Assembly: GCA_001742785.1 (NCBI GenBank)
Contig: MCBF01000001.1
Coordinates: forward strand, 835,295-845,645
Length of the DNA stretch: 10,351 bases
Direction: 5' to 3'
Source of the DNA: Candidatus Altiarchaeales archaeon IMC4
Lineage (GTDB): Archaea; Altiarchaeota; Altiarchaeia; IMC4
The position numbers were made by a program, and so were the translations under genes. Shown here in pieces: positions 1 through 7,158 of this stretch. Below the pieces are notes generated by a model. That model was given only the letters and a program-made list of their open reading frames with translations, had not been told where the DNA came from and ran no database searches. The number at the start of each line of letters is the position of its first letter. The first letter of the stretch is position 1.

Positions 1-46
1 TCAGTTATTGGACGTAGTGGGGAAAATCATGGAGAAATTTAGGTAT

Positions 47-1072
47 TTACTTTCTGTCAAGCGGCAAAAGCTCATCCGCGGACAGGGTCAGTTTGTATTT
101 CGAGCCCTGTTTCGTCCCCCTTATCATCAGCGCCTTCTCAACCTTCGGGGCTACCACCCAGCGGTGCGTGTCCCAAAGCGGCGCATCTTTTCCGTCAAGC
201 CCGCAGTCCTTTGAAACCCGCTGGACCAGAACGTTCGGGCCGAGGTTTTCTATGAAGTCGGCAACGAGAGAAACATACTCTGTCTCCGAGATCGCCCTGT
301 ACGCCCCGCTCTTGTACTGCGCCGTAAGCCCGGTTTCCTTCATCACCAAAAGAGGGTATATCTTTACTGCGTCCACCTCAAGGGCGGACAGGATCCTTGC
401 GGACTCGCGCATCTCGGAAGGGGTCTCCCCCGGAAGCCCGAGTATCATGAACGCAAGCGTGAGGATGCCGCGCTTTTTTGCCTCCTTTACTGCGCGAATC
501 ATCTCAGCAGAGCCGTGGCGGCGTTTTATGGCCTCAACGGTGTGAAAGTGCATGGTCTGCTGTCCGAGCTCAAGCCAGACCTCGTAGCCCTTTTTCACGT
601 AATCCCCCAGGAGGTCGAGCACCTCGTCGGGCAGGCAGTCGGGGCGCGTGCCGATCGACAACCCCACGACGTCCGGGTGGTCAAGCGCGGCATCGTATAT
701 CTTTTTCAGCTCGTCGATGGGCGCGTAAGTGTTGGTTCCGAATGCTATGTAGACCAGCCCTTTCTCGCCTGCGCCGACCTTTTTGTAGTGGTCCATCTGG
801 TGGTAAAGCTGCTCCTTCAGGCCCTTGTTTATGACCTTCCTGAAGCTCTCGTAGGTGAACTGGCGGGCGAAGTTCGGGCAGTAGACGCAGCCTGTGTCGC
901 TGAGGCGGCCGTCCCAGTTAGGGCAGCTGAAGTTCGCGTTGAACGGGACCTTGAACATATTGTAATTGTGGGAGCGGCGCATGTACTCCCCGAACGCCGC
1001 ATAGAGGAAGCCCTCCTCGTACATCTTATTTATGATGCCGTAATCGACCGCTTTTGCGATGTCTTTTTTCAT
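47..1072 (-). CDS. Radical SAM protein, TIGR01212/YhcC-like family
   Basis: 341-aa ORF with the extended cluster motif FSCPNWDGRLSDTGCVYC (CPNxDG...GCxYC), plus TNTYAP, GLSIGTRPDC, WLELGQQT and ILGLPGE, as in YhcC-type radical SAM proteins. Confidence 0.88.
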   Translation of the reverse strand: MKKDIAKAVDYGIINKMYEEGFLYAAFGEYMRRSHNYNMFKVPFNANFSCPNWDGRLSDTGCVYCPNFARQFTYESFRKVINKGLKEQLYHQMDHYKKVGAGEKGLVYIAFGTNTYAPIDELKKIYDAALDHPDVVGLSIGTRPDCLPDEVLDLLGDYVKKGYEVWLELGQQTMHFHTVEAIKRRHGSAEMIRAVKEAKKRGILTLAFMILGLPGETPSEMRESARILSALEVDAVKIYPLLVMKETGLTAQYKSGAYRAISETEYVSLVADFIENLGPNVLVQRVSKDCGLDGKDAPLWDTHRWVVAPKVEKALMIRGTKQGSKYKLTLSADELLPLDRK

Positions 1073-1092
1073 TGTATTGGTAATATTATTTG

Positions 1093-2415
1093 ATGCGCCT
1101 TACTAAAACCGAACTTGAGATGCTCAAAGGCAAGGAGGGCCCAGCCGTCAAAAAGGCGATGGAAATCCTGGTTGCCCTCGGCAAAATCTACGGTGCCGAG
1201 CGCATGGTGCCGATAACCAGCGCGCAGGTTTCCGGGGTAAGCTACAAAAACTTAGGCGACGCCGGCATAGAATTTCTCGCCGAGTGGGCGGACGCCGGCG
1301 CAAACGTCCGGGTGCCGACAACCCTGAACCCTGCCGGCATGGACCTCAAAAACTGGAAGGAACTTGGGATTTCCGAGGCCTTCGCAAAAAAGCAGCTTGA
1401 AATCATAAAGGCGTTCGAGCGGATGGGTGTTGAGATTTCCTGCACCTGCACCCCCTATTTCGCAGGAAACTGCCCGCGCCGGGGCGAGCATATCGCATGG
1501 AGCGAATCGTCCGCCGTTTCCTTTGCAAATTCGGTTCTGGGGGCGTACACGAACCGCGAGGGCGGGCCGTCGGCGCTTGCCGCCGCGATCGCAGGAAGGA
1601 CGCCGCTTTACGGGTATCATCTTGAGGAGAACCGCAGGGCAACACTGGTCGTCGATGTGGAATTCGAACCGAAAAATCAGGCGGACTTCGGGGCGATGGG
1701 GTACCTTGTGGGAAAAGAAGTCAAGGGTGGCGTGCCGTTGTTCCGGGGCATAAAAGAGGCAAACCTCGACCAGCTGAAGATGCTCGGCGCCTCGATGGCC
1801 GCAAGCGGTGCCGTGGCGTTGTATTATGTAGAAGGAATGGCCCAGAACATACAAACCGCGCCGACGCCGAAAAATATGAAGATTACAGAATGGCACATCC
1901 GCAAGGCATACGACGAAATGAATTCGGACGGCAAGAAATTTGCAAAGCAAATTTGTGTCGCACATGCGACTGATTCCAGAGGAATCGGGCACACGCCCGA
2001 ATCTGCGATTCGGTCGCGTGCCCAAACCGAAGGTTCGGTCGCATGTTACGATGAAAAAATAGACCTTGTGGCGCTTGGCTGCCCGCACTGCTCCATTGAC
2101 GAGTTACGGCAGATTGCAAAGATGCTCGGTGGCAAAAAGATAAAGAGCGGCTTGTGGGTATGCACCTCGCGCAAGGTTGCGGATGGCGCAAAAGAGGAGA
2201 GGCTGATAATCGAAAAATCCGGCGGAAAGGTTGTCTGCGATACCTGCATGGTCGTAGCGCCGCTTGAAGAGATGGGCTGCAAAAACATTGCCGTAAACTC
2301 GGGCAAGGCGGCCTTCTACCTGCCGACGCACTGCAAGGCAAATGTCAGGTTCGGCTCAATGGAAAAATGCATCGAGGCGGCGATTAAAGGGAAATGGAAC
2401 TCAAAGGACGCGTAA
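1093..2415 (+). CDS. Aconitase X catalytic subunit (DUF521); probable phosphomevalonate dehydratase large subunit, with a 40-aa in-frame insertion
   Basis: Motifs QVSGVSYKNLG, TTLNP, CTCTPY, AWSESSA, TNREGGPSALAAA, LGCPH and DTCMVV. Lies next to the DUF126 subunit, ipk, a prenyltransferase and fni. ATG at 1093 follows an in-frame TTG at 1090. Confidence 0.9.
   Translation: MRLTKTELEMLKGKEGPAVKKAMEILVALGKIYGAERMVPITSAQVSGVSYKNLGDAGIEFLAEWADAGANVRVPTTLNPAGMDLKNWKELGISEAFAKKQLEIIKAFERMGVEISCTCTPYFAGNCPRRGEHIAWSESSAVSFANSVLGAYTNREGGPSALAAAIAGRTPLYGYHLEENRRATLVVDVEFEPKNQADFGAMGYLVGKEVKGGVPLFRGIKEANLDQLKMLGASMAASGAVALYYVEGMAQNIQTAPTPKNMKITEWHIRKAYDEMNSDGKKFAKQICVAHATDSRGIGHTPESAIRSRAQTEGSVACYDEKIDLVALGCPHCSIDELRQIAKMLGGKKIKSGLWVCTSRKVADGAKEERLIIEKSGGKVVCDTCMVVAPLEEMGCKNIAVNSGKAAFYLPTHCKANVRFGSMEKCIEAAIKGKWNSKDA
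1932..2051. mobile_element. 120-nt multi-hairpin palindromic insertion, in frame within the dehydratase large subunit
   Basis: Hairpin AAATTTGC-AAA-GCAAATTT (1936-1954); stem 1962-1971/2037-2046 enclosing three triloop arms (1972-1986, 1987-2023, 2025-2035). Excision restores MNSDGEKIDLVALGCPH. Architecture is shared with 7066-7122. Mobility is inferred. Confidence 0.65.
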
Positions 2416-2771
2416 TCAAAAACGGGAAGGCTCATGCCACGGCAGTAGTCTGCCTGCAGGCGCTTTCGCTTCTGGGGGGCATTGACCCGGACACCGGGGA
2501 AATCCTCACGGGCGAATGCAAGGGGCAAAATGCAAAATGCAAAATTCTGGTTTTCCCGCACGGCATCGGCTCTACGGTCGGCTCTTACGTGCTTTACAGA
2601 ATGAAGAAAAACGGCACGGCGCCGGCGGGGATAATCAACGAAGAATGCGAGCCGATTGTCGCGGTCGGGGCGATTATATCGGATATTCCCTGCGTTGACC
2701 GGATTGACACAAAAGCGATAAAAACAGGAGATGTGGTTGAGATTGACGGCGAAACAGTAACCGTAAATTAA
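2394..2771 (+). CDS. Aconitase X swivel subunit (DUF126); probable phosphomevalonate dehydratase small subunit
   Basis: 125 aa with LSLLGGIDPDTG, KILVFPHGIGSTVGSYVLY, APAGII and VAVGAIISDIP; overlaps the large-subunit 3' end by 22 nt. Confidence 0.9.
   Translation: MELKGRVIKNGKAHATAVVCLQALSLLGGIDPDTGEILTGECKGQNAKCKILVFPHGIGSTVGSYVLYRMKKNGTAPAGIINEECEPIVAVGAIISDIPCVDRIDTKAIKTGDVVEIDGETVTVN
2525..2545 (+). repeat. (GCAAAAT)x3 perfect heptamer tandem repeat within CDS
   Basis: gcaaaat gcaaaat gcaaaat; encodes the QNAKCKI segment. Confidence 0.9.
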
Positions 2772-2774
2772 TGT

Positions 2775-3581
2775 ATGAAAAACATCCTCATAAAAATCGG
2801 CGGCAGCGTGATAACCGACAAACACAGCGATTCGGGAAGCATTGACGCGGAAAACCTGCAGCGGATTGTGAATGTGATAGCAAGACTCAAAACTCAAGAC
2901 CGAAGACTAATAATTATCCACGGCGCAGGCTCGTACGCCCACCCCTACATGGCTAAAACCGAAAAAAAACGCGGCATGTACTCTTGCGATGTTGACAACA
3001 TAAGGGAGTCTATGTCGGAATTGTCCGCAATAATATCGGGGGCATTTTCCAACGCAGGGATAGAAAATTTTACGGACACACTGCCGGAAAATTTCTGCGG
3101 GAAACCTGAAGAATGGCAGGGGTTAGTGTCCCGGTGGGTTGGCAAATCAGAACATTCCGTCCCCCTGCTTCACGGAAACGTCGTGCTGTGCAAGGGCAAT
3201 GTACTGAAAATTTCCGGCGACGAATTGGTCGAGAAAATAGGCTCGGCGTGGGGCAAGCCGCTGATTGTACTGGTTTCAAAACACCCCGTGTGCGACAAGA
3301 ACCCGGATTTTGACGGTGGCGCGAAGGTTTTGAGCAGGATAACGCCAGGGGTTTTTGATTCATTAAAAAACGAGGCAAATCAGAACACCCGAAGACTTGA
3401 AGACTTGAAGACCCCTTATCCGGACGCCACAGGAAGCATGTTAGGGAAACTCGAATACCTGGTGAGACTTGCCGGCGGCGGCATCGAATCGTACATCGTA
3501 AATATCGAAGGGTTCGAGAAAATATTCGATAACCCCGAAAAAGTGCTTGGCTGCGGAAACGGGACGCGCATTTGCAGGTAA
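2775..3581 (+). CDS. ipk: Isopentenyl phosphate kinase (amino acid kinase family), divergent
   Basis: IKIGGSVITDK, IIHGAGSYAH (IPK-type His), ISGD and DATGSMLGKL motifs; mevalonate-pathway context; ATG follows the small-subunit stop after a 3-nt gap. Confidence 0.82.
   Translation: MKNILIKIGGSVITDKHSDSGSIDAENLQRIVNVIARLKTQDRRLIIIHGAGSYAHPYMAKTEKKRGMYSCDVDNIRESMSELSAIISGAFSNAGIENFTDTLPENFCGKPEEWQGLVSRWVGKSEHSVPLLHGNVVLCKGNVLKISGDELVEKIGSAWGKPLIVLVSKHPVCDKNPDFDGGAKVLSRITPGVFDSLKNEANQNTRRLEDLKTPYPDATGSMLGKLEYLVRLAGGGIESYIVNIEGFEKIFDNPEKVLGCGNGTRICR
2881..2908 (+). repeat. Degenerate heptamer tandem repeat x4 within ipk
   Basis: caagact caaaact caagacc gaagact (RLKTQDRRL). Confidence 0.75.
3391..3414 (+). 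repeat. Octamer tandem repeat x3 within ipk
   Basis: gaagactt gaagactt gaagaccc (24 nt, RRLEDLKT region). Confidence 0.8.
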
Positions 3582-3605
3582 ACGCGGTGGTGCGCCGGTT
3601 TTGCC

Positions 3606-3664
3606 AGCCGGTTGGAAACCGGTTTCAAACGCATGGTAGTTATGGTCTTTCACCCAGTGGATAA
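3606..3664 (+). promoter_or_regulatory. Cassette 1 promoter/operator with palindrome GAAACCGGTTTC (3615-3626) and an upstream AGCCGGTT site
   Basis: 3608-3664 aligns ungapped with 6994-7050 at 37/57 identity by manual count. The palindrome is kept in the second copy through symmetric substitutions. Confidence 0.7.
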
Positions 3665-3706
3665 ATGCGGCCTGCAAAATGGCCGGAAAAATAAAGAGGC
3701 AACAAA

Positions 3707-6475
3707 ATGAAAGGCGAAATGAAAAACAGGATAGGAATGCTTGCGGTCCTTTTGGTTTCGGGGCTGGTGCTTGCAGGAATGGTGAATATTATCGGCATTG
3801 GCAGTACTTTTAAGGGGAAGCCGGACATAAACGTTGTGTTCAATCTGGCACAGTTTTTGCCGCCGGCAAACGACGGGGAACCCGCCCGAACCGACGATTC
3901 CGGCGCAAAAAGGTTCTTATCGCTTGAAGACCTTAACGCCTTCATAAAGTACGCGGCGTATGCCAACAGGGTTTCCAAAGAAAACGCTGATTTCGAAACG
4001 GTAGACACTGCTGGCTCGGGTGCATCCGACCACTCGACGACAAACATTCAGGTCGAGGGCGTTGACGAGGCGGACGTCGTAAAAAACGACGGGAGATACA
4101 TCTATGTGGTCTCCGGCAGGAAGGTCGTCATAGTTGACGCATACCCTGCAGAGGATGCGGAAATCCTCTCTGAAATTGAATTTGACGAGCAGCCCTCCGA
4201 AATCTTCATTAATGAGGACAAACTCGTTGTTTTCACGCAGGAATACATTAATGAAGACGGCCGCAGTCCAACCCCCTATTACTATGGCTCAACTACAAAA
4301 ACAAACGTGGTAGTTTATGACATATCAAACCGCAAGAAACCGAAAGTCGCACGTGAGATTAAAGCCGACGGAAACTACTTCGACTCCCGGATGATCGGAG
4401 ATTACGTGTATGTTATCATCAACGAGCCGGTGTACTACCGCCCGTGCCCTGTCTACGACAGTGTGATACTTGAGGGTGTGGGGGAGTTTATAGCCGGCGA
4501 CTGTGTTGAAGAAAGCATCACTGCCCCGAAAGTAACAATCGACGGAGAAGAAACTGGGGATGAACTCCCGGACATATACTACTGGGACGCCCCAGACACA
4601 TCATATCACTTTACGACGATACTTGCGATAAATACGCAGGATGATAAGGAAAAGCCGGGCAGGAAGATATTCCTGATGGGCGACGCTCAGAACATGTTCG
4701 TGTCCCTTGGCAACATCTACGTAACAAGAACCAAGGGGATAAACGATTACGAGGTAATGGAGGAGGTTTACGACGAGATCGTGATACCTGGCATGCCAAG
4801 GCAGACGCGGGCAGGGCTTGAGGAAATTGAGTCCTCGAACAAGAGCTTCAATGTGAAGCGGCTTGAGCGGGCGGAAGTGGTAAGGGAGTACATTGCAAAC
4901 CTCGACAAAGAGGAAACCAGCGAACTTTATGAGCAAATCGATGCGAAAACGATACTGATTATGGAAGAATACCAAAAGTCCAGCGAGCAGACCGCGATAA
5001 ACAAGATCGCGATAAACAAGGGCAAGATAACCCCAAAAGCAAGCGGCAGCGTTCCCGGCACGGTGCTGAACCAGTTCTCGATGGACGAATACGCGGGCAA
5101 TTTCAGGATTGCGACGACAGTAGGCTGGAACGGAGACAACAATGTCTATGTGTTGGATGAGGACCTAGATGTTATCGGTGAACTTGAGGGTTTGGCTCCC
5201 GGGGAAAGCATCTACTCCGCGCGCTTTATGGGCAGTCGGTGCTACCTTGTGACATTCAAGAAGATTGACCCGCTCTTCGTCATTGACATGTCGGACCCGA
5301 AAAACCCGAAGGTTTTAGGCAAACTGAAGATACCGGGCTACTCAGACTACCTCCACCCTTACGACGAAAACCACCTGATCGGCATAGGCAAGGAAACCGT
5401 CGAGGCTGAAGAGGGCGATTTCGCGTGGTACCAGGGCGTCAAGATATCGCTCTTTGACGTTACCGACGTGGAAAAGCCGAAGGAGATAGACAAATACGAA
5501 ATCGGCGACCGCGGGACGGACTCCTACGCGCTGCAGGACCACAAGGCGTTTTTGTTCAGTAAGTCAAAGAACCTGCTGGTGATTCCGATACTGCTTGCGG
5601 AAATTGACGAGGAGAAATACCCCCGCGGGGTTTCGGCGAACACTTACGGCGACTTTGTCTGGCAGGGTGCTTATGTGTTCGAACTGACGCTTGAAGACGG
5701 CTTCGAGCTGAAGGGCAGGGTTACGCACGCGGATGCCGGGCAGTTCTTGAAGAGCGGGTATTACTACGGGGACGATTCGACGTCGGTCAAAAGGTCGCTC
5801 TACATGGACGACACACTTTACACCATCTCTGACAAGAAGATAAAGATGAACTACCTACGCGGGCTCGGGGATATAAACGAGGTAGATATATCCTGTGATG
5901 AAGAGGGTTACATTGACGATGGTGAAATTATTTTGGCAAAAAAACCGGCAGTCTACCTCTACCCCAGGGAGGATTCCGCAATTAACGTAACCCTTGTCAT
6001 AAACGGAAAACTAACCAAAACCGAACCCGAATACGGCGGCGGTTGGCAGGTTTTCGCGACAAAAGAGGGAATAATCGATGGCAAATACGATTACCTGTTC
6101 TGGGAGGCAAATCTGAACAAACTTGATTTGCCAGACGAAGGGTGGGTTGTTGGATACGCGGATTTGGAAGGATGGTTCGATACAAACCTGCCTAAACTTG
6201 GTTTGAACGAAAAAGAGAAGGCGCAGTTTATGGAATACTGGCTTGAAAAATTGCCAAAAGCAAAGTACTATGAAATAAAGTTATTGAGCGGCGAATTTAT
6301 GAAACAGAACATGGATTTGATTGTTTCGCCGAAACCGGACACGGTTATCCGCTTGAACTTCCAGTTCAAACCGCTTTCTGAAAAAATCGAACTATCCGCG
6401 CCGGAGATTGAAACGCCAAAGAGGGCCGGTTTCACGGTCGTTGAGTGGGGCGGGATTCTGGGAGGGGATGACTAA
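3707..6475 (+). CDS. Exported or membrane-anchored beta-propeller domain protein (PF09826-like) fused to a C-terminal uncharacterised KPxxYLYP...VVEWGG domain
   Basis: 922 aa; N-terminal basic plus hydrophobic leader; motifs STTNIQVEGVDEADVVKNDG, LNQFSMDEY, GESIYSARF, VTFKKIDPLFVID and GKLKIPGYSDYLHP; GAGG at 3696-3699 upstream of the ATG. Confidence 0.85.
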   Translation: MKGEMKNRIGMLAVLLVSGLVLAGMVNIIGIGSTFKGKPDINVVFNLAQFLPPANDGEPARTDDSGAKRFLSLEDLNAFIKYAAYANRVSKENADFETVDTAGSGASDHSTTNIQVEGVDEADVVKNDGRYIYVVSGRKVVIVDAYPAEDAEILSEIEFDEQPSEIFINEDKLVVFTQEYINEDGRSPTPYYYGSTTKTNVVVYDISNRKKPKVAREIKADGNYFDSRMIGDYVYVIINEPVYYRPCPVYDSVILEGVGEFIAGDCVEESITAPKVTIDGEETGDELPDIYYWDAPDTSYHFTTILAINTQDDKEKPGRKIFLMGDAQNMFVSLGNIYVTRTKGINDYEVMEEVYDEIVIPGMPRQTRAGLEEIESSNKSFNVKRLERAEVVREYIANLDKEETSELYEQIDAKTILIMEEYQKSSEQTAINKIAINKGKITPKASGSVPGTVLNQFSMDEYAGNFRIATTVGWNGDNNVYVLDEDLDVIGELEGLAPGESIYSARFMGSRCYLVTFKKIDPLFVIDMSDPKNPKVLGKLKIPGYSDYLHPYDENHLIGIGKETVEAEEGDFAWYQGVKISLFDVTDVEKPKEIDKYEIGDRGTDSYALQDHKAFLFSKSKNLLVIPILLAEIDEEKYPRGVSANTYGDFVWQGAYVFELTLEDGFELKGRVTHADAGQFLKSGYYYGDDSTSVKRSLYMDDTLYTISDKKIKMNYLRGLGDINEVDISCDEEGYIDDGEIILAKKPAVYLYPREDSAINVTLVINGKLTKTEPEYGGGWQVFATKEGIIDGKYDYLFWEANLNKLDLPDEGWVVGYADLEGWFDTNLPKLGLNEKEKAQFMEYWLEKLPKAKYYEIKLLSGEFMKQNMDLIVSPKPDTVIRLNFQFKPLSEKIELSAPEIETPKRAGFTVVEWGGILGGDD

Positions 6476-6476
6476 G

Positions 6477-6986
6477 ATGGAAACCAAAAAACTCCATGGG
6501 AAAACGGCGCTTGCGGCGGCATTGTTTGCCGCCTCGGCGTTCATTATCGGGATAAAGCTTTTGAACCCGGCGACGATACAGGTGATCCTTGGCGACGACG
6601 GCACGGTAATCAAGCAGATCCCGGGGCTTTTCACGTTCGCCGACGCGGCTGTCCTTGTTGCGGCATCGGTCATGCTCGGGCTAAGCGGGATGTACCTTCT
6701 TGTTTTTGAGCAGGATGCTAATAATGCAGGCCAGGCACACGCTGGGCAGGCAATCCTCGCAGAACGAAAATGTAGATGGGAAGAAACCGCAAAAACCCTG
6801 AAGGACGACGAGCAGGAGATTTACAATGCGATAATCGACGCCGAGGGCATCGTGAACCAGAGCGAACTAGTTGAAAAGACAGGTATCTCAAAATCCAACA
6901 TAAGCCGTGCGCTTGATCTCCTTGAAAGCAAAGGCATTGTTGAAAAAAGAAGGCGAGGGATGGGCAACGTTGTTTTGTTGAAGTGA
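6477..6986 (+). CDS. Membrane-anchored (2 TM) winged helix-turn-helix transcriptional regulator, COG2512-like, copy A
   Basis: Start at ATG 6477 (METKKLHG) matches the paralog N-terminus, with GGAGGGG at 6461-6467. Two hydrophobic helices, then NQSELVEKTGISKSNISRALDLLESKGIVEKRRRGMGN wHTH. Confidence 0.85.
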   Translation: METKKLHGKTALAAALFAASAFIIGIKLLNPATIQVILGDDGTVIKQIPGLFTFADAAVLVAASVMLGLSGMYLLVFEQDANNAGQAHAGQAILAERKCRWEETAKTLKDDEQEIYNAIIDAEGIVNQSELVEKTGISKSNISRALDLLESKGIVEKRRRGMGNVVLLK

Positions 6987-6991
6987 ACCAA

Positions 6992-7050
6992 ACCCGGTTC
7001 AGAACTAGTTCTGCACGCATGCCTTATATGGTGTTTCAACCTCCAGATAA
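6992..7050 (+). promoter_or_regulatory. Cassette 2 promoter/operator with palindrome CAGAACTAGTTCTG (7000-7013) and TATA-like TTATAT (7024-7029)
   Basis: Perfect 14-bp palindrome; homologous to 3608-3664, sharing CCGGTT, ACGCATG, TATGGT, TTTCA and GATAA blocks at identical spacing. Confidence 0.72.
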
Positions 7051-7065
7051 GCAGAGCCGCCAAAA

Positions 7066-7122
7066 ACACGCATTTGCCAGTTGGCAAATGGTGTCCTCGA
7101 ATTCGCTCTGGAGATCCGAGGA
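7066..7122. mobile_element. ~57-nt two-hairpin palindromic insertion in the cassette 2 leader
   Basis: CATTTGCCA-GT-TGGCAAATG (7071-7090), then TGTCCTCG/CGAGGATG stem (7092-7099/7117-7124). Absent at the homologous site in cassette 1 (GCAAAA^TGGCCG, 3674-3685). Confidence 0.62.
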
Positions 7123-7158
7123 TGGCCGCTAAAATATAAAATATGGAGGCAAAACAAA

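Noticed and set aside
1..46. Possible gene or terminator at the window start
   Set aside because: Too short to interpret; the minus-strand ATG at 30 gives only 9 codons, and ORF 8..214 is antisense to the radical SAM gene
1936..2053. tRNA gene or CRISPR array suggested by the cloverleaf and repeats
   Set aside because: No D-loop or T-loop consensus, triloops instead of a 7-nt anticodon loop, and no regularly spaced repeat-spacer units
1925..2070. Canonical bulge-helix-bulge intron in the dehydratase gene
   Set aside because: I could not build a 3-4-3 BHB motif at the insert boundaries, and the insert is stop-free and in frame. Splicing is not excluded but is unsupported
93..2897. Antisense and alternate-frame ORFs (93..545, 515..1093, 1252..2088, 2316..2897 and similar; also 7005..7664 and 8154..8708)
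   Set aside because: Shadows of well-supported genes with no protein motifs
4993..5020. Direct repeat CGCGATAAACAAG x2
   Set aside because: 15-nt period encoding AINKIAINK; explained by a small in-frame duplication or by protein sequence
6408..6476. Longer N-terminus for regulator A given by the ORF track
   Set aside because: Overlaps the upstream gene; the paralog and SD position support ATG 6477
7081..7158. Longer N-terminus for the thioredoxin-like gene
   Set aside because: The TTG start lies inside the hairpin insert; the SD and the homologous leader support ATG 7159
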